From an uncultured Candidatus Binatia bacterium (GTDB lineage: Bacteria > Desulfobacterota > Binatia > Bin18), in NCBI GenBank assembly GCA_958296235.1, contig OY282457.1:217377-281376 (forward strand): 64,000 nt of DNA, in the 5' to 3' direction. The position numbers and the translations under genes are program-made. How positions within the stretch are numbered: position 1 is the first letter of the stretch; the number at the start of each line of letters is the position of its first letter. Below, piece by piece: positions 56,908 through 64,000 of the stretch. Under the pieces are notes generated by a model. That model did not search any database. It worked only from the letters and a program-made list of their open reading frames with translations, and was not told where the DNA came from.

Positions 56908-57393
56908 ATGGGAGTGGTGCTGGAGGTCGAAGTCCCACAAAGAGCGTTTAATCGCCGTATCCAACCGTTTGCTATTGCCCTTGCCGAAGTCTCCTGGCGC
57001 GTAAAGATGTTTACGCACGAAGGAGTTGTTCTGGCGGCCCTCTATCTTGAAGAGCCCGACCTCATTCTCGCCCTGGCGCTGTGGCCGAATGCCGACTCCG
57101 CGCGGCGTCTGTTTAAGGGACGTTTTGAAATCTGTTTGTGCTCGGCCGCAGACCCGGTGGGACGGGTGCGTCTTGCCGTACAGATTGATCCTGCCATGGT
57201 CGAGGAACTCTTTGTCGCCGCTGAGCTGATTAACGCCAAGCCGTCAAAGGCGAGTGCGAAGCGGGCCGAAAAATATTTTACCGAGTTCCTGGCATTGGGC
57301 TTCCCAGACTCTCAAGTCGTCTGGGCCCGGTCGTGTCGATGGCAGGATGCGCCCGAGTACCTGGAGGCGACGACGCCTATCCGGGTAGGCTAA
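56908..57393 (+). CDS. Hypothetical protein
   Basis: ATG 56908 with strong RBS GGAGGAGG; no motif recognised. Confidence 0.55.
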   Translation: MGVVLEVEVPQRAFNRRIQPFAIALAEVSWRVKMFTHEGVVLAALYLEEPDLILALALWPNADSARRLFKGRFEICLCSAADPVGRVRLAVQIDPAMVEELFVAAELINAKPSKASAKRAEKYFTEFLALGFPDSQVVWARSCRWQDAPEYLEATTPIRVG

Positions 57394-57397
57394 AGAC

Positions 57398-57452
57398 CTG
57401 TCCTGAGCGGACTTCGACCTCGCCCCTCTGGGGCTACGCTCAGCACGAACGG
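57398..57452. repeat. REP-like palindrome
   Basis: CTGTCCTGAGCGGACTTCGAC...GCTACGCTCAGCACGAACGG, related to the TTCGACAGGCTCAG repeats elsewhere in the window. Confidence 0.5.
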
Positions 57453-57588
57453 CGGCAAAGGGCCGGGCTCGCATTCGGAGAAAAGACGTGGTATGCCGTG
57501 AGCTTCACTCATCTCCCGGGTGACTGAAGTTCAGATGCCACTATACGGAAAGGCCGGCAATGCGCCCGCTTTTCCACTGGAAAACTAC

Positions 57589-58659
57589 ATGCCTGAGCGA
57601 ATCGAAAATTCCCATCTCACTGAGATGACCCCCTTAGTATCCCCTCGGGCAATCAAAGCCAAACTTCCGCTGACCGAAGGCGCGGCTGGCCTGATCATGC
57701 AAACGCGCCACGCTATCTGTGATATCCTGCACGGTCGGGACCGCGACCGTCTGCTCGTCGTCACTGGCCCATGCTCCATCCATGATCCCCAAGCGGCCTA
57801 TGAATACGCCGAGTGTCTCAAACCGGTGATTGACGCAACACGTGATCAGCTCGTTGTGGTGATGCGAACCTATTTTGAAAAGCCGCGAACAACGATAGGC
57901 TGGAAGGGTCTGATCAACGATCCGCATCTTGACGGGTCGTGCGATATTCCGACTGGCCTGGAACTGGCCCGCGAGATTTTACTCCGCATTAACCATATGG
58001 GCGTGCCCTGTGCGAGTGAAATGTTAGACCCGGTGACACCGCAGTATGTGGCCGACCTGCTCAGTTGGGCGGCCATAGGAGCGCGGACAACCGAGAGCCA
58101 AACGCATAGAGAAATGGCAAGCGGGCTCTCTATGCCGATCGGTTTCAAGAATACAACCGGTGGGGAGGTGTCCGGGGCGATCAACGCTATGATTTCAGCC
58201 GGTCACCCGCATAGTTTCCTGGGCATTAACGCCGACGGCATGACCTCGGTCATCAAGACCTTGGGGAATCCCGACCGTCATATTATTTTACGGGGTGGGG
58301 GAGGGCGACCCAATTACCGCCAGGAGGATATTGCGCAGGTGACGGAAATGGTTGCCAAAGAAGGGATCGCCCGCCCGATTATGGTGGACTGCTCCCACGG
58401 CAATTCAAACAAGGACTATACCCGTCAGGCCGCGATCTGTCGTGACGTGTTGCGTCTGCGCCAAGAGCAGGAGTACGATGTCATGGGTATTCTCCTGGAG
58501 AGCAATTTGAAACCGGGGAATCAGTCTTGGAAAGAAGACTCCACGCTCGAATATGGAGTGTCGATTACCGATGCCTGTATCGGCTGGGAAGAGTCTCGCG
58601 ACTTACTGTATGAAATGGCTGAAGTGGTCCAGTCCAACCCGTGCGCCATTCCCACCTGA
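57589..58659 (+). CDS. aroG: DAHP synthase class I-alpha (AroF/G/H type)
   Basis: GPCSIHD, YFEKPRTTIGWKG, AIGARTTESQTHR, DCSHGNS and YGVSITDAC motifs. The paralog label is tentative. Confidence 0.93.
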   Translation: MPERIENSHLTEMTPLVSPRAIKAKLPLTEGAAGLIMQTRHAICDILHGRDRDRLLVVTGPCSIHDPQAAYEYAECLKPVIDATRDQLVVVMRTYFEKPRTTIGWKGLINDPHLDGSCDIPTGLELAREILLRINHMGVPCASEMLDPVTPQYVADLLSWAAIGARTTESQTHREMASGLSMPIGFKNTTGGEVSGAINAMISAGHPHSFLGINADGMTSVIKTLGNPDRHIILRGGGGRPNYRQEDIAQVTEMVAKEGIARPIMVDCSHGNSNKDYTRQAAICRDVLRLRQEQEYDVMGILLESNLKPGNQSWKEDSTLEYGVSITDACIGWEESRDLLYEMAEVVQSNPCAIPT

Positions 58660-59002
58660 TGAACGGCACCCGGGGTCCGTCGGAAGACCGCTCCTCCGCG
58701 TCTTCTGTCTGTACAGCCTGCTGGCCGTCGTTGCCGGAGGTACTGCCTCGTGTACCTATGCCGAACGCAAGTGGAATCAGAAAATTGCCGAGTTCAATAG
58801 GGGCATTGATCAACAAATGGCCCAAGCCGAAGGGAAGGCTGGCCGCTGCCAGGCCCGAGGCGGCGTCCTCTACAATGAGCAATGCTATATGCCCGATAGG
58901 AACCCGGCCGTTCGGGATGAACAGACCTGCCGTCTGCACGGCGGCCTGTTCATCAATCAGGAATGCCTGACCGACCAGCGCCGGAAGGCCTCCTTTCAAT
59001 AG
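58610..59002 (+). CDS. Putative lipoprotein with two CxxxGG-x5-C repeats
   Basis: Hydrophobic stretch ending TASC (lipobox-like); repeats CQARGGVLYNEQC and CRLHGGLFINQEC; start uncertain. Confidence 0.55.
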   Translation: MKWLKWSSPTRAPFPPDERHPGSVGRPLLRVFCLYSLLAVVAGGTASCTYAERKWNQKIAEFNRGIDQQMAQAEGKAGRCQARGGVLYNEQCYMPDRNPAVRDEQTCRLHGGLFINQECLTDQRRKASFQ

Positions 59003-59061
59003 CAGCCGGCAGCGGATGACTGGGGTAGCGGTCAACTCATATCTCAAAAGAGGAGGAAGTC

Positions 59062-59541
59062 ATGGACGAAGCTGAGGGAAAAACAGCACTGGTTCGCGGA
59101 AGCTGTTTTTGTGGCAGCGTCCGGTTCGAGTTTGCCCTACCGACGCTCTTCTGTGCTCACTGTCACTGCTCGATGTGTCGGCGCACGCATGGGGCCGGCT
59201 ATGTGACCTGGATCGGGGTGCCCACACCAAAATTCAGTCTGACTGCGGGGCAGGAGCAGCTTGCCGTTTTCGTCTCTTCGGAGCATGGCAAACGGTCGTT
59301 CTGCCATACCTGCGGCAGTTCGCTGTTCTGTCAGTCGAGCCGACATCCAGAGGTCATGGATATTGTCCTGGCGAATCTGCACGATGGCATCGACCGCGAA
59401 CCGCAGGCCCACTACTATTTTTCTGATCGCGCGGCCTGGGTTGCCATAGGAGATGCCTTGCCCCGCTTTGGCGGACAAACCGGGACTGAACCCCTGGCAG
59501 GAGAGTCTGCCAGCCATATGACAACGGAGAAACACGCATGA
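59062..59541 (+). CDS. GFA family protein
   Basis: GSCFCG, CHCSMCR and FCHTCGS zinc motifs. Confidence 0.92.
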   Translation: MDEAEGKTALVRGSCFCGSVRFEFALPTLFCAHCHCSMCRRTHGAGYVTWIGVPTPKFSLTAGQEQLAVFVSSEHGKRSFCHTCGSSLFCQSSRHPEVMDIVLANLHDGIDREPQAHYYFSDRAAWVAIGDALPRFGGQTGTEPLAGESASHMTTEKHA

Positions 59542-60374
59542 GTTACGAGCAGATTTTATACGAGGCCCAAGACGGTATTGCGACGCTTACACTGAATCGG
59601 CCGGACAAGCTCAACGCCTGGACAAACGTGCTGGAGCAGGAAGTCCGCCACGCCCTGACCGCGGCGACCGCGGATGCAGCCATCCGGGTGATTATTCTCA
59701 CCGGGGCCGGACGTGGATTCTGTGCCGGAGCGGATATGGCCTTGCTGAACGCGGTCCGAGAGCGGTCCGAAACCGCCGCGGCGACCGCAAGCCCGGTGGC
59801 CTTTCCCGGACCGGTCCCGGGCGGACTCGACCTGCCCCAGGCATTCTCCTATCGATATGCGTATTTCCCCACCGTACCGAAGCCCATTATTGCCGCCATC
59901 AACGGTCCGGTCGCCGGCCTGGGGCTGATCCTCTCCCTGTACGCCGATCTCCGCTTCGCGTCAGATACGGCGGTCTTCACCACTGCCTTCTCGCGTCGCG
60001 GACTCATTGCCGAACACGGGGTTGACTGGATTCTGCCACGGGTTGTCGGTCTGCCGAATGCCCTCGACCTGATGCTCTCGGCCCGAAAAATAACCGCCCA
60101 GGAAGCCCTCCAGATGGGCCTGGTGAACCGCCTCTACCCGGCGGACTCTTTTATGTCGGAAGTCCGGGCCTATGCGCTCGAACTGGCACGCATGGTTTCG
60201 CCCCGTTCCATGCGGGTCATGAAATCCCAGCTCTTTCGGGCTCAGGACGTTGATTTTGCAACCTCACTACAGGCCGGTCTGACCGAGATGAGCGCGAGTT
60301 TCAGCAGCGAAGATTTTAAGGAAGGGGTGGCGCATTTTGTGGAAAAACGGCCACCTGAGTTTTCCGGCAAATAG
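59538..60374 (+). CDS. Enoyl-CoA hydratase/isomerase
   Basis: LNRPDKLNA, FCAGAD, PKPIIAAING and EGVAHFVEKR motifs. Confidence 0.93.
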   Translation: MSYEQILYEAQDGIATLTLNRPDKLNAWTNVLEQEVRHALTAATADAAIRVIILTGAGRGFCAGADMALLNAVRERSETAAATASPVAFPGPVPGGLDLPQAFSYRYAYFPTVPKPIIAAINGPVAGLGLILSLYADLRFASDTAVFTTAFSRRGLIAEHGVDWILPRVVGLPNALDLMLSARKITAQEALQMGLVNRLYPADSFMSEVRAYALELARMVSPRSMRVMKSQLFRAQDVDFATSLQAGLTEMSASFSSEDFKEGVAHFVEKRPPEFSGK

Positions 60375-60410
60375 GGCGCTCATAGAGTGCGGAGGCCCAC
60401 GGAGGACACG

Positions 60411-61271
60411 ATGAGAGTCGGGACGATCAAACAGGTCTGGCGCTATCCCTTCAAGAGCATGCTGGGCGAGTTGCTGGAGCAGGCCGAGGTGAACCCCCAG
60501 GGTGTCGTGGGCGACCGGGGCTGGGCGGTGCGGGATGAGGTCCGAGGGGGAATTGGCAGCGCCAAAAAAATCCCGACTTTGATGCACTGTCAGGCCCGCT
60601 ATCCAGACGGTCCTACGAAAGAGCAGATCGGACCGGCTGAAATTACCGTCCCGGATGGAACGACCTTCTTGTCCAACGACCCGAACGCCGCGGCCCAGCT
60701 CAGTCAAGCCCTGGGCCATCGGGTTTCCATCTGGCCGATTCAGCCGGCTGAAAACCTTGAGCACTATCGACGCGGAAAGCCGACGCACACCAATCCGGCA
60801 GAAGAGTTAAGAAGCCTCCTCGGTTTGGAGCCAGACGAACCCCTGCCGGACTTATCTATCTTTCCCAAAGAGATTCTGCAATACGCCTCGCCGCCGGGCA
60901 CCTATTTCGATGCCTTCCCGCTGCTGCTGGTGACTGAGGCCTCGTTGCAGCGTTTGCAATCGCTGAGTCCGACTTCGCAGATTGACGCCCGGCGCTTTCG
61001 TCCGAATTTTTTGGTTGAGACGGAAGAGGCGACCGGTTTTGTTGAGGCCACGTGGCCGGGCAAACAACTCCGCATCGGGAATATGACCCTCGACGTGACA
61101 ATGAACTGTCTGCGCTGCGTTATGACAACGCTCGGCTGCGCAAACCTGCCCAAAGACCCGAAGATCATGCGCACCCTGGTGCGTGAGGCCAACCAGAATT
61201 TTGGGGTCTATGCTACCGTGAAAACCCCCGGGCAGGTCGCGGTTGGCGACCCGGTCGAGATTGTAACTTAG
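60411..61271 (+). CDS. MOSC domain protein
   Basis: RYPFKSM, GDR, RRFRPN and CLRC motifs. Confidence 0.92.
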   Translation: MRVGTIKQVWRYPFKSMLGELLEQAEVNPQGVVGDRGWAVRDEVRGGIGSAKKIPTLMHCQARYPDGPTKEQIGPAEITVPDGTTFLSNDPNAAAQLSQALGHRVSIWPIQPAENLEHYRRGKPTHTNPAEELRSLLGLEPDEPLPDLSIFPKEILQYASPPGTYFDAFPLLLVTEASLQRLQSLSPTSQIDARRFRPNFLVETEEATGFVEATWPGKQLRIGNMTLDVTMNCLRCVMTTLGCANLPKDPKIMRTLVREANQNFGVYATVKTPGQVAVGDPVEIVT

Positions 61272-61309
61272 CCCTATCGCCGGAATAGCCGCCGCTTGTC
61301 CCCTCTGGG

Positions 61310-61499
61310 GACGTGTGATGCACATTGTATCGCAAGCGGCCCGTCGGCCCCCTCACCCGGCCCTTCGACAGGCTCAGGGCCACCCTCTCCCTCCAGGGGA
61401 GAGGGAAAGAAAAGAGCCTCTCTCCCGCTGGGAGAGGGGGTGGGGTGAGGGCGAAACAGCGCCCTGGGCCGCTGAACAACTTAATTTGCATCACACGTC
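61310..61499. mobile_element. MITE-like element, family B
   Basis: GACGTGTGATGCA (61310-61322) and TGCATCACACGTC (61487-61499) form a perfect 13-bp inverted repeat with TGGG on both flanks. Confidence 0.72.
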
Positions 61500-61556
61500 T
61501 GGGGAGGGGGTAGCCGAAGGCCGGTGTGGGTTCAGGCTCCCTGGGCGCGCCCTGCC

Positions 61557-62633
61557 TTAATAATGCTTCATCACTTTGTCCGTAAAATCGGTCAGCACTT
61601 TGCGGGCGCTGGCCATCGGGGGGAGCAGGCTGACTTCTTTGAGGCCGTTTTTCTCCGCGGCGCGCAGCTTGTCAATGACCTCGTCCGGCGTGCCCACGAT
61701 GCACGAACCCTCAATGGCTTTAGGCGTGATAAAGCGCCGCTCCTCGGGCATCAGAAACGTGCAGTGGCCATTGTGAATCTGGAGATAGCGTTTCTCCGCC
61801 GGAGTCTCCATTTTTTTCACATAGGCGCAGTATTCGTCCCAGATATCGTGGACGGACGGCGGAATCATCTCTTCCTTGCCGGTGAACTCGTAGATTTCAT
61901 AGGCAAAATGCAGGACCGCGGACACCCATGAGCCGCATTCGTCTATGACGCGCTCCGAGGTCAGGTCCTCACCCGGCTCCAGCACAACAACAGAGGTGAG
62001 CGAGACCGTATGATAGTCGCTCAGGTCCCGGTCAGCCCTGGCGGCCCCCTGACCCACATAGTCCATATTCAGATTCAGAACAGCCTCTTGCTCGTTCAGC
62101 ACCGAGATCAGACCATCCCCAAATTCTCCCGCGGCCTTGAGGGCGAGCGGTCCATTGGCGGCCACAATAATCGGAATGGGATGCTCCAGGTCGATGAACT
62201 TCAGGTCCTGGTGCAAAAACCGAATGGTCCGCGTTGTGTCATGAAAAGTATACTCAACTTCTTCCCCCTGCAGGAGCGTCCGGACGACGCGCAGGTATTC
62301 GCGGAAGTCTCGGATTTTCATGGGATTCATGCCCATGACGCGCATAGCGGTATGGCCTGTCCCGATACCGAGAAAGGCGCGGCCCGGCGCAATCCGATTG
62401 ATCGAAGCGATCGAGTGGGCAGTGACCGGAGCGATCCGGGTACCGGGAATGGCGACGCCGGTGCCGAGTTTTATCCGTGAGGTGTTGTGCGCTGCCAGCG
62501 CCAGCGTGGCGTAGCAGTCCGACCAGATCATCTGGGAATCCGGCACCCAAGCCCGGTCATAGCCCAGGTCTTCCGCAAATTTAATGAGCTGCCAGTCTCC
62601 GATATTGGTTGCCACCGTGACACTGAATTCCAT
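61557..62633 (-). CDS. LLM class (Mer-like) flavin-dependent oxidoreductase
   Basis: AWVPDSQM, IKLGTGV, LGIGTG and AANGP motifs; RBS GAGGAGG before ATG 62633. Confidence 0.9.
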   Translation of the reverse strand: MEFSVTVATNIGDWQLIKFAEDLGYDRAWVPDSQMIWSDCYATLALAAHNTSRIKLGTGVAIPGTRIAPVTAHSIASINRIAPGRAFLGIGTGHTAMRVMGMNPMKIRDFREYLRVVRTLLQGEEVEYTFHDTTRTIRFLHQDLKFIDLEHPIPIIVAANGPLALKAAGEFGDGLISVLNEQEAVLNLNMDYVGQGAARADRDLSDYHTVSLTSVVVLEPGEDLTSERVIDECGSWVSAVLHFAYEIYEFTGKEEMIPPSVHDIWDEYCAYVKKMETPAEKRYLQIHNGHCTFLMPEERRFITPKAIEGSCIVGTPDEVIDKLRAAEKNGLKEVSLLPPMASARKVLTDFTDKVMKHY

Positions 62634-62823
62634 GGATTCCTCCTCACCGTGCGAGATTCTCTTGGGGACCACCGGAGGCATACCACACCAGGGTGTCTTG
62701 CGCCATGTCCGAAGTCGGGCAAAACAATTGACAAAGGGTAGGACTGAATGAGACAACCGCCTACAGGGCTGACCGGAGGAGAGCGGTGACGAGAGACGCT
62801 GGGCAGGCGAAGGGAGGCGTCAA

Positions 62824-63969
62824 ATGGAAACGTGCGATTTTCTCATTATCGGAGCCGGCATAGCTGGAGCGTCGGTTGCCTTTGAGCTGGCCACTCATGG
62901 TCGGGTCATTGTCCTTGAACGCGAAGCCGTGCCCGGTCATCATTCAACCGGCCGGTCAGCCGCCGTCTTAACCGAGAATTACGGCAACTCCATTATTCGC
63001 CGCCTCACCCTGGCGACCCGTCCCTTTTTGGAACATCCGCCAGACGGGTTTACCGACTACCCGCTGACCACCCCGCGCCAGATGCTGTGGATCGCGCGCG
63101 CAGACCAAAAGGCTGGGCTGGAGGCAACGCTCGGTGAGGCGCGGCGGCTGGTGCCCACTATTCGTGCGGTTGAGCCCACACAGGCATACGCTCTCTGTTC
63201 TGCCTTACGGGCTGGCTATGTCGCCTACGCAATTTTGGAGCCCCACGCTTTGGATCTCGATGTGCATGCGATCCATCAGGGTTTCTTGCGGGGATTGAGA
63301 AACCGGGGCGGAACGATAGTCACACAGGCCGAAGTGGTCCGGTTTCGGCAGACGGACGCGAGCTGGGAAGTCCATACGCCTCAGCAGCAATACGCGGCTG
63401 CGATCGTTGTGAATGCGGCTGGCGCGTGGTGTGATGTCATTGGTCGGCTGGCAGGGGCGCGGCCAGTCGGCTTGGCGCCGAAACGCCGCACGGCCTTTAC
63501 CTGTAATGGCCCTGCCGGGATAGCGCCGCAAGAGCTCGCGGCCTGGCCGGTTATCATAGATAGTGATGAAGAGTTCTACTTCAAGCCTGAGTCCGGAGGG
63601 ATTCTTGCCTCTCCCGCGGATGAAACCCCGATGGAACCGTGCGACGTGTTTCCGGACGACTACGATGTGGCGCTTGCCATAGACCGTATTCAAAAAGCCA
63701 CGACGTTGTCCATTGCCCATATTAACCGCAAATGGGCTGGATTGCGCAGCTTTGTCCGGGATAAAACACCGGTCGTGGGCATGGATAGCGAACGCGCCGG
63801 ACTGTTCTGGTTAGCCGGGCAGGGCGGCTATGGCATCCAGACCTCGGCTGCGATGGGCCGCACCGCGGCAAGCCTGATAGTGAATCAGTGTTTACCCCAA
63901 GACTTAACCGATATGGGGCTCTCGCCTGAGGATCTGGCGCCGATTCGGGTCCAAGCGGAAAGCGACTGA
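62824..63969 (+). CDS. FAD-dependent oxidoreductase (DAO/D-amino acid dehydrogenase-like)
   Basis: IIGAGIAG, STGRSAA, NAAGAW, WAGLR and GQGGYGIQTS motifs. Confidence 0.92.
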   Translation: METCDFLIIGAGIAGASVAFELATHGRVIVLEREAVPGHHSTGRSAAVLTENYGNSIIRRLTLATRPFLEHPPDGFTDYPLTTPRQMLWIARADQKAGLEATLGEARRLVPTIRAVEPTQAYALCSALRAGYVAYAILEPHALDLDVHAIHQGFLRGLRNRGGTIVTQAEVVRFRQTDASWEVHTPQQQYAAAIVVNAAGAWCDVIGRLAGARPVGLAPKRRTAFTCNGPAGIAPQELAAWPVIIDSDEEFYFKPESGGILASPADETPMEPCDVFPDDYDVALAIDRIQKATTLSIAHINRKWAGLRSFVRDKTPVVGMDSERAGLFWLAGQGGYGIQTSAAMGRTAASLIVNQCLPQDLTDMGLSPEDLAPIRVQAESD

Positions 63970-64000
63970 GGAGGGCAGGTGCGGAAGAAGGACAACCGAA

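Noticed and set aside
1-64000. rRNA, tRNA or riboswitch genes
   Set aside because: None was recognised by eye; a covariance-model search would be needed to exclude them.

Overview
GC-rich bacterial chromosomal segment dominated by catabolic genes: three hydantoinase/oxoprolinase A/B pairs, a carbamoylase and a racemase, two amidohydrolases, four LLM flavin monooxygenases, two CoA-transferases, SDRs, VOC proteins, a SelD fusion, MutM and a DAHP synthase. REP/MITE-like repeats and several small AT-richer islets are scattered through it. The standout feature is a two-gene islet at 53010-55347. It encodes a protein that looks like a bacterial gasdermin (N-terminal Cys, short C-terminal inhibitory peptide), overlapping a HExxH zinc metallopeptidase of the M48/U49 (Lit)-like type. 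The islet is bracketed by a 65-bp direct repeat that duplicates the promoter and RBS of the downstream host gene. A second integrase-free cassette with a 66-bp direct repeat lies at 41507-42093. Three toxin-antitoxin loci have all lost or broken their toxins, and two MITE-like families are nested with REP hairpins. All family calls come from motif recognition by eye; no database search was run.
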